NCBI GenBank assembly: GCA_029261595.1
Contig: JAJDAZ010000036.1
Location: 12,852 to 76,851, forward strand
DNA from: Nitrospinaceae bacterium
Lineage (GTDB): Bacteria > Nitrospinota > Nitrospinia > Nitrospinales > VA-1
Direction: 5' to 3'
Length of the DNA stretch: 64,000 nucleotides
Below are positions 44,668-55,022 of the stretch, piece by piece; within the stretch, counting starts at the first letter, position 1, and the number at the start of each line of letters is the position of its first letter. Below the pieces are notes generated by a model. The model was not told the DNA's origin. It saw only the letters and a program-made list of their open reading frames with translations, and ran no database searches. Position numbers and translations under genes: made by a program.

Positions 44668-45477
44668 TTGAGTACACTGTACCGGGAAAAGCATTCAAAC
44701 GCGCTACTGGCAGAGCCGCTGGCTGAGGAATCGACCCCCTCCACTGTCATCACTCCCTCTTTGATCGGGTTTTCCAACACCCTGATTGTTATCCCCGCCT
44801 ACAATGAAGAAAAAAACATCGGCAGGGTTTTAGAAGGCATCCGTAGATGCGCCCCCGAAATTCCTGTGCTGGTCGTCAATGACGGCTCCCGCGATGCCAC
44901 CCCTCGAATATCCAGGGAACACGGCGCAAAAGTCATTTCTCTCCCTTTCAATTCCGGTTACGGAGTGGCCCTGCAGACAGGGTTTATTTTCGCCGTAAAA
45001 AATGGATATACGACTGTGGTCCAAATGGATGCCGATGGACAGCACGACCCGCGTTACATCGTCGATATGTTGCAGGAAATACAAAATGAAAACCTGGACG
45101 TGGTGATCGGCTCGCGCTTTCTTGAAAATAACAGATACAAAACCACTTTTTTCAAACGGGCAGGGATGTTTATCTTCGGCAACCTGGCGTCCCTTTTCTG
45201 CGGACAACGGGTCTCCGACCCTACCTCGGGTTTTCAGGCATTAAAAGGAAAAGCCATTCAATTTGTTGCCGGGGAATACTATCCGCCGGATTACCCAGAC
45301 GCCGATTTCATTATCATGCTCCACCGGTGCGGATTCAAAACCCGTGAGATCCCTGTGACCATGCACCCCAGTCCGGATAATAAATCGATGCACACCGGGC
45401 ACAAGACGATTTATTATGTGTTTAAAATGTTTCTGTCAATCATCGTGACCCTGTTGCGACAAAAGCCTAAAGGATAA
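44668..45477 (+). CDS. family 2 glycosyltransferase (polyprenyl-phosphate sugar synthase-like)
   Basis: VIPAYNEEKNI, VVNDGSRD, DADGQHDP motifs. Non-ATG start in the track, so the exact start is uncertain. Confidence 0.85.
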   Translation: MSTLYREKHSNALLAEPLAEESTPSTVITPSLIGFSNTLIVIPAYNEEKNIGRVLEGIRRCAPEIPVLVVNDGSRDATPRISREHGAKVISLPFNSGYGVALQTGFIFAVKNGYTTVVQMDADGQHDPRYIVDMLQEIQNENLDVVIGSRFLENNRYKTTFFKRAGMFIFGNLASLFCGQRVSDPTSGFQALKGKAIQFVAGEYYPPDYPDADFIIMLHRCGFKTREIPVTMHPSPDNKSMHTGHKTIYYVFKMFLSIIVTLLRQKPKG

Positions 45478-45482
45478 GAGCC

Positions 45483-45881
45483 GTGCCGCCACGAATCCGA
45501 ATCATTGCCATTCTCATCTGCATCTTTCTTGTCGCTTATGTATTTGAGCTGGTGCGCCGAAAGCACCTCAACGAAGAATACTCCCTGGGCTGGCTGGTCA
45601 CCGGAAGCCTGATGCTGATTCTTTCCATATCGGAAGATCTGCTGATCTGGGTTTCCGATCTGGTGGGCGCGACTCTGTTCACTTCCACCCTGTTCTTTTC
45701 CGGGTTGGTGTTCCTGATGATCATCTGCCTGCATTTTTCCATCCGAATCTCCGCCTTGACCAACCAGGTGAGGATGCTGACCCAGCATCTCGGCATTCTG
45801 GATTATGAAAAGAAAACCCTGGAAAGCGTGGTGGCGCAACACTCTCTGGAAAAAAATCCTGCGGCACTGGAAAAGCTTTGA
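45483..45881 (+). CDS. DUF2304-type small membrane protein (GT2 partner)
   Basis: GTG start. IIAILICIFLVAYVFELVRRKHLNEEYSLGWL.. typical of DUF2304. Four TM helices. Confidence 0.65.
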   Translation: MPPRIRIIAILICIFLVAYVFELVRRKHLNEEYSLGWLVTGSLMLILSISEDLLIWVSDLVGATLFTSTLFFSGLVFLMIICLHFSIRISALTNQVRMLTQHLGILDYEKKTLESVVAQHSLEKNPAALEKL

Positions 45882-47010
45882 TCGTTTTACGCACCATCGA
45901 ATCTTTTTTCCCCTACATCTCAGGACCCGCCAACCAGGCGTTTCAAATATCCACCCGCCTGGAAGCATTATCCGGCGTTCACTCACCCGTCGTAACCAGT
46001 TATTGCGATGTGGACCCCGCCCTGCCCGCAAAGGAAACCATCGGCAATGTCTCAGTCACCCGGCTACCCATTCAACTTCGCCTGATGCGCTATTGCGTCA
46101 CGTTGGGCATCAGGAAATATCTAAAAAATTTCGATATCCTGCACAGTCACAACTACCGGAATTTTCAGACGGACAGCGGTTTTTTTTTGCCGCGATCAAG
46201 AAAAAACCTTTCGTTTTAAATACCCACGGATCGCTTTTAGGCTATAAAAAATACCTTCCTTCCCTTTTGCAGAAACTTCCCTACCAGGTTTACGACCTTT
46301 TCACCCTGAAAGCCTCCGCCAAAAGAGCCAACGCCGTCGTCGTGTCATCCGCGATAGAATTTGACGATGCCCTGGAGTTTGGAATCTCCCGAAAAAAACT
46401 GCATGTCATTCCAATGGGAGTCGATATACCCATTTCCTTGAATCAGCGGGAGGAAGACGCCCCTTTAAAAATCCTGTTTGTCGGACGCATCGCCCGCGTT
46501 AGACGCGTGGAATTGATCCTGCAAGCGGTGGAGAAGCTAAGCGTGCCTTACACGGTCACGATTGTGGGCGGCGAAGAAAAAACCAGCAGTCTGACAAAAT
46601 CCGGTTATATGGACGAACTAAAAAAATTATGCCTTGATTTGAAGATTGACGACCGGGTCACCTTCACCGGCCCCAAATCGCCGAAGGAGTTGCCTTCTTT
46701 CTACAACTCCGCCGACGTTTTTGTCTACCCTTCCCTTTATGAAAATTTTTCGCAACCGATTTTAGAAGCCGCCTCTTTTGGAATCCCGGTCATTGCCACC
46801 CCCGTCGGCATCGCTCCGGAAATCATCGAAGAGGGAGAAACGGGATTCCTTGTCTCCGGCGATCCGGCCACACTGATGCAAAAATTGAAACAACTCGCCG
46901 ACCCCGCTCTGCGGAGAAATATGGGACAAAAACTAAAAGACAAGGTTAGGAATAAATTTGACTGGAATTCGATAACGGATCAATATATGCAGCTTTACCT
47001 TTCCTTATGA
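45878..47010 (+). pseudogene. family 4 (GT-B) glycosyltransferase interrupted by a frameshift in a T9 tract
   Basis: The N-terminal Glyco_trans_4-like part (45878-46219 frame, IVLRTIESFFPYISGPANQAF..HSHNYRNFQTDS) continues in the 45805-47010 frame (FFAAIKKKPFVLNTHGS...ENFSQPILEAASFGIPVIATPVGI..GETGFLV). The switch occurs at T9 (46180-46188). Confidence 0.75.
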
Positions 47011-47022
47011 CGATTTCAGGCC

Positions 47023-47727
47023 ATGGCACAGCTTTTTGACAAATTTTCCGGCAATTATAAAACCCTGCTGGATGAATCCCTGCAATCCACCGGGTTTGAC
47101 ACCGAGTATTTTTCCACAGCGAAAATAAAAACTCTGGCCCGGCTCTTCCCGGAATTTTGCCGGGAGCCCATTCGTTTTTTGGATTATGGTTGCGGCAACG
47201 GTTCCCTGTATAAACCCGTCACCGGATTTTTTCCGCAGGCAACCTACGTTGGAACAGATCTTTCAGATGATATGGTTCAACAAGCCAGAACCCTCAGTCA
47301 TGGACCGGATACGTTTTTTGAATTGAAATCGGACGCCTGGAAAACAGGCCACTACGATGTTATTTTCGCGGCCAACGTTTTCCATCACATCCCGGATACC
47401 GATCATTTAAAAATCCTTAAAGAGTTGCGCCCTCTACTCACCCCGAAAGGAAAACTGATTCTCTGGGAACACAATCCCTGGAATCCTATAACCCGAAAAA
47501 TAGTCGACGATTGCGTTTTCGATAAAGACGCGGTTTTGATTTCGCCCTTGCAATCAAAACGGCTTTTTCAAAAAACCGGGTTTTACCCATTGAGGATTGT
47601 TTTCACCACCTTCTTCCCTAAATCCCTGGAGTTCCTGATTTCCCTGGAACCCTGGCTGGAATGGCTCCCCCTGGGCGGCCAATATCTTTTGATCGCAGAA
47701 AATCCGGATCAACAAGCAATTCCCTGA
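47023..47727 (+). CDS. class I SAM-dependent methyltransferase
   Basis: Motif I LDYGCGNGS. Post-I DLSDDM. ..ANVFHHI.. Confidence 0.8.
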   Translation: MAQLFDKFSGNYKTLLDESLQSTGFDTEYFSTAKIKTLARLFPEFCREPIRFLDYGCGNGSLYKPVTGFFPQATYVGTDLSDDMVQQARTLSHGPDTFFELKSDAWKTGHYDVIFAANVFHHIPDTDHLKILKELRPLLTPKGKLILWEHNPWNPITRKIVDDCVFDKDAVLISPLQSKRLFQKTGFYPLRIVFTTFFPKSLEFLISLEPWLEWLPLGGQYLLIAENPDQQAIP

Positions 47728-47778
47728 ACCCCGACCTGAACATTTCAAGAAAAAGCTAGTCCGGAGTTTTTAAGATTT

Positions 47779-48663
47779 TCAATTCTCTTGTGGAAAGCAC
47801 CGCCGCAATCCATCTTCCAGAGTCCGGGGCCGGTAATTTAAAAGCGGGATCTTATAATCTTTTGAGGAAGATTTATCGCACAACAAACGTGGAATTTGGT
47901 CCGGGACCAGAACGTTTACGTTTACCCGCTGGAAAAATTTTGCCAGCCCCCAAACCAAGGCAACAGGAAGAAATAATTTCGTGCGGCGAACACCGAAAAA
48001 AGCGGATAACCGGTCCACCAACGCCACATATGTCATGTCTTCGGGCCCCGCTAAATCATACGTATTTTCTATGTCGTCGGTCTTAAACACGGCTTCCACC
48101 GTGGCAGAAATCACATCGTCAATAAAAACCGGGCTCATGGAACTGCCCCCGTCGCCAATCACCGGAATCGCAGGCCATCTCTGGACCCAGTGAATCAGTT
48201 GGTTGATCCCTTCTTTTCCGCCGGTCCCATAAACCTCTCTGGGACGAAGAATGATCCAGGACAATCCGGACTCCTTGACCCATCGCTCGGCGGCTAATTT
48301 ACTCTTGGAATACGCCCCGCCATCAGGATGAGCGGCTCCCGAACTCATGAAAACGAAGCGGGAAATTTTGTTGCGAATGCAAGCCTCGATCAAATTCTTC
48401 GTCCCCTCGGAATTCACCTTGAAATAATTCTGCAGGTCCGGACTGTGGGTCAATGCGGCCAAATGAATCACCGTTTCCATCCCCCTGGTCGCATCTATCA
48501 GGGAATCGAGGTCACCCAATTCGCCGGACACCCGTTCGCAATCAGGCAATAGAACGGGCGCGCGATGCTTAAGCACTCGGATTCTTACATTTTCACGCGC
48601 CTTTAAAGCCGGGATCAACAGTTTGCCAAAACTTCCCGAAGCGCCGGTGATCAGAAGGTTCAT
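47779..48663 (-). CDS. NAD(P)-dependent epimerase/dehydratase-family (extended SDR) protein
   Basis: Start at the internal Met: MNLLITGASGSFG. YSKSK catalytic motif. ATGA overlap with the upstream GT2. Confidence 0.8.
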   Translation of the reverse strand: MNLLITGASGSFGKLLIPALKARENVRIRVLKHRAPVLLPDCERVSGELGDLDSLIDATRGMETVIHLAALTHSPDLQNYFKVNSEGTKNLIEACIRNKISRFVFMSSGAAHPDGGAYSKSKLAAERWVKESGLSWIILRPREVYGTGGKEGINQLIHWVQRWPAIPVIGDGGSSMSPVFIDDVISATVEAVFKTDDIENTYDLAGPEDMTYVALVDRLSAFFGVRRTKLFLPVALVWGLAKFFQRVNVNVLVPDQIPRLLCDKSSSKDYKIPLLNYRPRTLEDGLRRCFPQEN

Positions 48664-49541
48664 GGATGTTTTTTCGGCAGGAACTCTAAAACACGGTACC
48701 AAACAAGGTTGGCTAGAAATTCCAGTACGGACAGGGGTTTCACAAACGATGGGCGGGAATCGATGCTGTTAAAAACGGTTTCTACCTCACCCAGTTTAAA
48801 CTTCATACGCCGGGCCTGAATCATGATCTCGGCGTCGATGAACCACCCATTGGATTTAAGATCCATTCTCGAATACGCCGACCGGGTCATCACTTTGGGT
48901 TTGGAGTTGATGTCCCGGCTGTTGAGTCCTGGAAAGAGGCCTTGAAAAATTATATTGTAGACCGTGGAGATCAACTTCCGGTAGGCTCCGTCACCACGTT
49001 GGACGCGGTAGGTTTTGGCCAGATCCAGATGGCCTTCCTGCAGTTTTTGGTAGACCCGGATCACATCGTCAGCCGGCATCTGCCCGTCCCCGTCAATCAC
49101 CGCAATGGCCTTTCCGGATGCGGCATCGAGACCGCTCTTCATGTCCCATCCCATCATCCCTTCCTTGGGCCTGGTGACCGCTTGGATTCTGGGATTCTGT
49201 TTGGCCAGATCCGCCACCACCTGAGGGGTTTGATCCCCGGTGTTCTCAAAATAATTGCCCACCAGAACAATTTCCCAATCGGGTTCGCTCGCCTCCAGAC
49301 ACGAAATCAGGGAGTCAACAAAGGAGGGAATGGTCGTAGCACTTCGGTAAGCCAGAACCACGACGGAAAGGTTGGGAATATATGCGCTCAAACCACGGCC
49401 TTGATAAAGATGATTACTTGATATTCCGATAAATAAAAGGAGATCACAGACCAAAAAACTCTGAATTCCCTCCATCTGTGGTTTCAATCCTACGATGGAG
49501 GGAATAATAACATTCGGTCCCGTTTGTGTCATATAATTCAA
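48660..49541 (-). CDS. family 2 glycosyltransferase
   Basis: VVVLAYRSATTI, VLVGNYF..D, IDGDGQMP motifs. The start may be the downstream Met at 49475, because the annotated start overlaps the divergent gene. Confidence 0.75.
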   Translation of the reverse strand: MNYMTQTGPNVIIPSIVGLKPQMEGIQSFLVCDLLLFIGISSNHLYQGRGLSAYIPNLSVVVLAYRSATTIPSFVDSLISCLEASEPDWEIVLVGNYFENTGDQTPQVVADLAKQNPRIQAVTRPKEGMMGWDMKSGLDAASGKAIAVIDGDGQMPADDVIRVYQKLQEGHLDLAKTYRVQRGDGAYRKLISTVYNIIFQGLFPGLNSRDINSKPKVMTRSAYSRMDLKSNGWFIDAEIMIQARRMKFKLGEVETVFNSIDSRPSFVKPLSVLEFLANLVWYRVLEFLPKKHP

Positions 49542-51232
49542 AAAATTTTTCGGATTCAGCCCCTCTTCAACCCTTCACCCTCCTTTCTATGGGATCTTCG
49601 GTCAGGGCCTTCACCTTCAGTCATCCCGGCCTACTGTTTCTATTGCCTTATTCCCTGCTACTGATATTCCTGGGCCTGGGAGACGGAGCCCTGCAGGTGG
49701 ACGAAGGCATGGACACTTTCGTCAGCACGACGATCTTAAAATATGGTGTTCCCATGCACACGAACGGCATCAACGCCACCATGCTGTTCGCAGATATTTA
49801 CGACGGCCTGTTTATCTACCGCACCTGGTTCCCCTATTATTTACAGGCTTTCTCGTTGGAGGTATTGGGGCACACAACCTTCGCCGCCCGTCTGCCGTTT
49901 GCGCTGGCGGGAGTGATTTCCGTCATCGCTCTTTATTTTCTTGCTCTCAAAATGACCGCGAATAAAACCCTCGCTTTCCTTGCCGGCCTATTATTATCCT
50001 CCTCGGTCCCGGCCCTCATATATTTCCGCACCGCCCGCTATGTCGGGCTTCCCATTTTACTAACAATTTTACTTTTATATTTCTACCTCCGGATTTTTGA
50101 AGAAAAACCGTGGAAACCAGCACCCTTCATTATCACCGCCATTTTATTTTTCCATTCGATGTATGTCGCCTTTGCCGGAATCATTCTCGGCATCCTGATC
50201 CATTTTTGCATGCACCGAAAAAAGATCCGCCCTGAAAATACCCGGCAGGTTCTCCGGTGTGTTCTTATAATAGGAGTTTTTACGATTCCCTGGTTGGTTT
50301 CCATCGTTCCCGTGTTTTCCCATATCGCGCAATCCTATGTGGACCGCAGTGACCTGGTAGATAATTCCTTTCTCGGATGGTTCAAGCATCTGGTGGGTTA
50401 TCTATTTCAATTAAACAATTATATTTTCCCATTCATTTTACTCCCGGTTTTATTTTTAAAACAGTTGACCCCACACAAGTTACAAATACAACTCCTGCTC
50501 ATGTGCACCCTGACCCTGTTGATAGCTTCTTCGCCGCACCCCATTCCCCTGCAACAATACATTTCAGCGGCATTTCCCCTGCTCGCCATTTTGCTGGCAA
50601 TGATATTGGCCCAGGGGTTCAGGAAAGGGTTTTGGGCTCCAGCGGTTCTGGCCGGAATCCTGATCTTTACTAATCTTTTTCACACCGGCCCCTTGTTTCC
50701 CATTAAAAAACTTCTGGAAATCGAGAGGGATGCGTTCAATCAAAGTCCCTACCTGAAATATGCCTCCGATACCTTTATCCGGGAAACCAGGTTCTCTTCG
50801 GTGTTTGTCAACCATCTGTATCAAATCTCTCACCCTTACCGGGGTCCATTGGATAAAATTGTGGAATTTTTCAAAACACATGGGAACGCGCGCCAAACAT
50901 GTTATATTGACAATGAACCGGAGTCCCTGGCTTTTTACACGGGAATGAAAATGATTGCCCCGGAAAATTTGGGCTTGAACAACCCGCCGGACTGGATCGT
51001 CCTCAGGGGAGATCAAAGAAACCCGGATGATCCTGCCGGCTCCCTAAAGGGCACATTGAAAGCAATCATGACTTCCACCCCGTACCGAAAAATCCCGTTG
51101 GAAACGCCTGCTATTCGTAACAACAATTCCTACGACATTCAGTTGCATCGTTTTCGATCCCCTGAGTTCAACGCCGGTGACCAGGAAGTCATTATCTACC
51201 AACGAATGGACTCCGCATCTGCCAACCTGTAA
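49526..51232 (+). CDS. polytopic GT-C-like membrane glycosyltransferase (ArnT/PMT_2-like)
   Basis: About 11 TM helices, an acidic first loop (LQVDEGMDTF) and a soluble C-terminal domain. Weak family assignment. Confidence 0.55.
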   Translation: MSYNSKNFSDSAPLQPFTLLSMGSSVRAFTFSHPGLLFLLPYSLLLIFLGLGDGALQVDEGMDTFVSTTILKYGVPMHTNGINATMLFADIYDGLFIYRTWFPYYLQAFSLEVLGHTTFAARLPFALAGVISVIALYFLALKMTANKTLAFLAGLLLSSSVPALIYFRTARYVGLPILLTILLLYFYLRIFEEKPWKPAPFIITAILFFHSMYVAFAGIILGILIHFCMHRKKIRPENTRQVLRCVLIIGVFTIPWLVSIVPVFSHIAQSYVDRSDLVDNSFLGWFKHLVGYLFQLNNYIFPFILLPVLFLKQLTPHKLQIQLLLMCTLTLLIASSPHPIPLQQYISAAFPLLAILLAMILAQGFRKGFWAPAVLAGILIFTNLFHTGPLFPIKKLLEIERDAFNQSPYLKYASDTFIRETRFSSVFVNHLYQISHPYRGPLDKIVEFFKTHGNARQTCYIDNEPESLAFYTGMKMIAPENLGLNNPPDWIVLRGDQRNPDDPAGSLKGTLKAIMTSTPYRKIPLETPAIRNNNSYDIQLHRFRSPEFNAGDQEVIIYQRMDSASANL

Positions 51233-51247
51233 CAAATCGCTGACCCT

Positions 51248-52195
51248 GTGAAACTGATTATTCAGATCCCCTGTTTGAATGAAGAAAAAACCCTGGCTGA
51301 TACGCTGAATGCCTTGCCTCGCAAGATCGACGGCATCGACGTCATCGAAACCCTGGTGATCGACGATGGCAGTACGGACCAGACACTTAAAGTCGCAAGT
51401 CAACAAAAGGTCGATCACATCCTGCAACTGACCAACAACAAGGGGTTGGCCAAGGCGTTCATTTACGGCATCAACCACGCGCTGAAACAGGGCGCGGACA
51501 TCATCGTCAACACCGATGCGGACAATCAATACGATGCAGGGGCCATCCCGGAATTGATTCGACCGATCCTCGACGGAACCGCCGACATCGTCATCGGCGA
51601 CCGCCAGGTGGAGACGGTCCGGCACTTTTCACCGCTCAAAATTTTCCTGCAAAAAACCGGTAGCTGGGCGGTGCGCCAGCTTTCGGGAACCCAGGTCCCG
51701 GATGCCACCAGCGGCTTCCGCGCTTATTCCAAAGAGGCGGCGCTGCAACTCAATGTCATATCCGATTTCACTTATACGGTAGAAACCATCATCAGCGCCG
51801 GCAAAAAAAACCTGGCCATTGCCCACGTTCCGGTAAAGACAAATAAAAAAACCCGCGAGTCCCGCCTGTTCCCAAACATCCGCACTTACTTACAGCGGAC
51901 GCTCGTTACCATCATCAAAGTTTATTCCATGTACAAACCCCTTAAAGTATTTACATGGGCGGGAGGCCTGACTTTCAGCGTGGGGTTTGCGATCGGATGC
52001 CGTTACCTTTATTTTTTCTTTCAGGGACGGACCGAAGGCCATGTTCAATCCCTCATTTTATCCGCCATTCTGTTGATCGTCGGATTCCAAATCATCATGA
52101 TGGGAGTCGTAGCCGAGCTGATCGCCATCAACCGACAGCTTCTGGAAGACATTCAGGTAAGAGTAAAAAGAGGAGAACTCGAATCGAAAGAATGA
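51248..52195 (+). CDS. family 2 glycosyltransferase with two C-terminal TM helices (GtrB/DPM1-like polyprenyl-phosphate hexose synthase)
   Basis: IPCLNEEKTL, VIDDGSTD, TDADNQYD motifs. C-terminal TM pair. GTG start. Confidence 0.85.
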   Translation: MKLIIQIPCLNEEKTLADTLNALPRKIDGIDVIETLVIDDGSTDQTLKVASQQKVDHILQLTNNKGLAKAFIYGINHALKQGADIIVNTDADNQYDAGAIPELIRPILDGTADIVIGDRQVETVRHFSPLKIFLQKTGSWAVRQLSGTQVPDATSGFRAYSKEAALQLNVISDFTYTVETIISAGKKNLAIAHVPVKTNKKTRESRLFPNIRTYLQRTLVTIIKVYSMYKPLKVFTWAGGLTFSVGFAIGCRYLYFFFQGRTEGHVQSLILSAILLIVGFQIIMMGVVAELIAINRQLLEDIQVRVKRGELESKE

Positions 52196-52199
52196 TCGC

Positions 52200-53483
52200 A
52201 TGCTGACCCTTGCCGAAACAATAAAATCCGCCGACCCGGCGGTTCCCAAAAAAAGACTGAAGGAGCTTCGCGTGCTGGTTCTCGCCACCACCTTTCCGCG
52301 CTGGGCGGATGATGCAGAACCCCGGTTCGTGTTTGACCTCACCAAACACCTGGCCGAAAAGGTGTCCCTGTGGGTTCTGGCGCCGCACGCTCCGGGTACA
52401 AAAATGCAGGAAGAAATCGAGGGGGTGCGGATTATTAGATTCCCTTATTTTTTTCCAAAACGCCTGCAGACGCTTTGCTATGAAGGCGGCATCCTTCCAA
52501 AACTCAAAACCAGATGGTTAGCACGTTTGCAGCTGCCATTTTTTCTCGCCGCTCAGGGCTTCCACATCTGGCGAACGGTGCGGAAACATAAAATCAATTT
52601 CATCCATTGCCACTGGATCATTCCACAAGGGTTCTTCGTCGCTCTGATCCACCTCATTTATAAAATTCCTTACATGTTGACCGCTCTGGGGGCTGATGTT
52701 TATGCGTTCAATAAAATGCCTTTTATTGGAATGCTCCGAAACTTTGCCATCAAAAACGCCTGGCTCTGTACCGCCAACAGCAAAGCCCTGGTCAATTCAT
52801 TAAAATCTATATCGCAGAAACCACGGTTCAAACACATCCCCAATGGGGTATACGAAGACCTATTTCACGAGAACAACTGCAACCCTAAATTAAAAGATAA
52901 TTTAGGCATTTCCGGATTGTTTCTTCTCGCGGTCGGGAGGTTCGCTGACAAAAAAGGGTTCAATTATCTGATCCAGGCAATGCCAAAAATTTTGACTGCG
53001 CAACCCACCGCCAAACTTGTTTTAGTCGGATACGGTCCTAATGATAGCTCTTTAAAGCAACAGGTAAAAACCCTGGGGATTGAAGATGCTATCCATTTTC
53101 CAGGCGGCAAATCCGGACTCGAATTGGCAAGGTACTTTGCCACGGCGGATATATTTATCGGACCTTCCATCGTCGCTTCCGATGGCGATACCGAAGGACA
53201 ACCCGCGGTTTTTGTGGAAGCCATGTCGGCCAAAACAGCCGTGGTCGCCTCCAACGTCGGCGGAATTTCGGATATGATCGAAGATGGCGTTACCGGCCTG
53301 CTGGTTCCGGAAAAAGATTCAAACGCTATCGCGGAAAAAGTAATCACCCTTTGTGAAAATCCGAAATTACGAAATACTCTTGCAGAAAATGGACGCAAAC
53401 GAGTATTGGAAAAATATTGCTGGAGTTCCGTCGCCTCTCAATTTCTAGATATTTATTCGGCTAATAAAACGAACTCCAAATGA
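52200..53483 (+). CDS. family 4 (GT-B) glycosyltransferase
   Basis: EGQPAVFVEAMSAKTAVVASNVGGISDMIEDGVTGLLV (E-x7-E region). Confidence 0.85.
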   Translation: MLTLAETIKSADPAVPKKRLKELRVLVLATTFPRWADDAEPRFVFDLTKHLAEKVSLWVLAPHAPGTKMQEEIEGVRIIRFPYFFPKRLQTLCYEGGILPKLKTRWLARLQLPFFLAAQGFHIWRTVRKHKINFIHCHWIIPQGFFVALIHLIYKIPYMLTALGADVYAFNKMPFIGMLRNFAIKNAWLCTANSKALVNSLKSISQKPRFKHIPNGVYEDLFHENNCNPKLKDNLGISGLFLLAVGRFADKKGFNYLIQAMPKILTAQPTAKLVLVGYGPNDSSLKQQVKTLGIEDAIHFPGGKSGLELARYFATADIFIGPSIVASDGDTEGQPAVFVEAMSAKTAVVASNVGGISDMIEDGVTGLLVPEKDSNAIAEKVITLCENPKLRNTLAENGRKRVLEKYCWSSVASQFLDIYSANKTNSK

Positions 53484-53620
53484 GCTTTATTAATCGGCCA
53501 CGATAAAAAAATGAGCATCCGGCAATATCCTTTTGTCTATTATATTGCGGCTTTCAAATAAGGCCGGAATCCAAATAAAGCCTCCCAGTTAAGCCGCAAA
53601 CCAGAGGATCACCAGGTTCC

Positions 53621-54553
53621 ATGCCATCCATTCGCAAGGTTTCAAAAATTATAGTCTCTGCCATTTTCCTGGTGATCCTGGGTTATTTTGCCTTCAAGTT
53701 TCGCGACGAACTTGCGGTTGTCCAGGAAATTTCTCCCTTTCAGATTCTGACCATGTTCTGCCTCGCCAGTTTAACGGTCGCCATCAATGGATCAAAATTG
53801 AATCAGATCGCCCAGAGGTTCAACATCCGCCTGCAAAACAAAGAATGGTTTGGCCTGGCTTCCATCACCACCACGCTCAACAATGTCTTTTTCAAAGCCG
53901 GCTCGATCGTAACGTCTAATTATTTAAAAAGAAAATACGACCTCCCCTACACATCATTTATCGGATCCTTCGGGGCGGACCAATTGATCCTGTTATTCAT
54001 GAACTCACTGGTCGGCGGATTTATTTCCTTTTATCTTCTAGCCCAATACGACAATGATCTTTTTTTCATAGGAATCGCCTATTTGACCGCCGCCGTTGGT
54101 TTATTTTTTCTAATGCAAGGGAAGGTCCGAATTAAAAACAGGGGCAATTATTTCTGGGATGCCCTGGTCCGGGTCCTCGAAGCTTTGGATCAAATCCTAA
54201 AAAACAAAAGACTCTTCTTTATCCTGTGCCTGCACTATTTGGCCTTATTAGTCATTCTTGCATTCCGGTTTTATGTGGTCTGCCACATACTGAATCTGGA
54301 TGTTTCCCTGGCCCATTGTTTTTTGTTCACGACGATGGTGATTTTCGTTTCATCCGTGCCGATGATTCAAAGCGATGTCGGCGCCCGTGAACTGGCGGTG
54401 GGGTTTCTTGCGGAGATTGCGGGGCTCAGTTTCAGTCAGGGCCTGCTGGTAACGATGGTGGATCGGGTGATGGTATTATTTTGCACCTCACTCATGGCCG
54501 GGATTTTTAAAAACATCCTTTTATCTCCCCGCTCCCACGAACAGCAAGCCTGA
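53621..54553 (+). CDS. flippase-like / lysylphosphatidylglycerol-synthase TM-region (UPF0104) family membrane protein
   Basis: About 8 TM helices. General resemblance to UPF0104 proteins that accompany GT2 genes. No catalytic motif visible. Confidence 0.5.
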   Translation: MPSIRKVSKIIVSAIFLVILGYFAFKFRDELAVVQEISPFQILTMFCLASLTVAINGSKLNQIAQRFNIRLQNKEWFGLASITTTLNNVFFKAGSIVTSNYLKRKYDLPYTSFIGSFGADQLILLFMNSLVGGFISFYLLAQYDNDLFFIGIAYLTAAVGLFFLMQGKVRIKNRGNYFWDALVRVLEALDQILKNKRLFFILCLHYLALLVILAFRFYVVCHILNLDVSLAHCFLFTTMVIFVSSVPMIQSDVGARELAVGFLAEIAGLSFSQGLLVTMVDRVMVLFCTSLMAGIFKNILLSPRSHEQQA

Positions 54554-54557
54554 AAAT

Positions 54558-55022
54558 TCAATCATTGATTTGACACATGCCGAATCCGAAATCGGTCAAT
54601 TCGATGCGAGGCTCCTCACAAAATTCAGGTTGCCAGTCCGGAGAATAAACGAAATACGCCGACTTTACCCGTTCCTTTAACTCATCTGCAAAGTTTTCAT
54701 CCTCACCAAAGAGGATCCTGCGTGGATACAAAACTTGAATCGCCACTGACCGGAAAGAGCCTTCCATGCGATTCCCCGGAGGCATGAAGATCGTTGCGTC
54801 CACAGGCGTCAAGTCGCGAATGCGATGGACCACCCTATAAGTCCTGGAAAGTTGATTGGGAATATCCGCCGATCCCGCCGTTTCCATCAATTGATTCCCG
54901 GTGAGGTCCTTATATTCCAGAATAAACTGCGCTCTGGGTACAAGAAAAACCAGCGTGAGGATGACAAGGTTGCCTATTACAATACCGGCGGGGATTTTTT
55001 GCACCCATCTGCCATCACTCAT
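54558..55022 (-). CDS. hypothetical membrane-anchored periplasmic protein
   Basis: One N-terminal TM helix (IPAGIVIGNLVILTLVFLV). 8-nt overlap with the upstream gene (translational coupling). Confidence 0.5.
   Translation of the reverse strand: MSDGRWVQKIPAGIVIGNLVILTLVFLVPRAQFILEYKDLTGNQLMETAGSADIPNQLSRTYRVVHRIRDLTPVDATIFMPPGNRMEGSFRSVAIQVLYPRRILFGEDENFADELKERVKSAYFVYSPDWQPEFCEEPRIELTDFGFGMCQIND

Noticed and set aside
45414-46031. 205-aa minus-strand ORF; likewise 51044-51625 (-), 61071-61592 (-), 11759-12424 (+) and 17998-18465 (-)
   Set aside because: All are antisense shadows of motif-supported genes (GT2/DUF2304/GT4, GT2, the secreted protein, cytochrome c, KamA).
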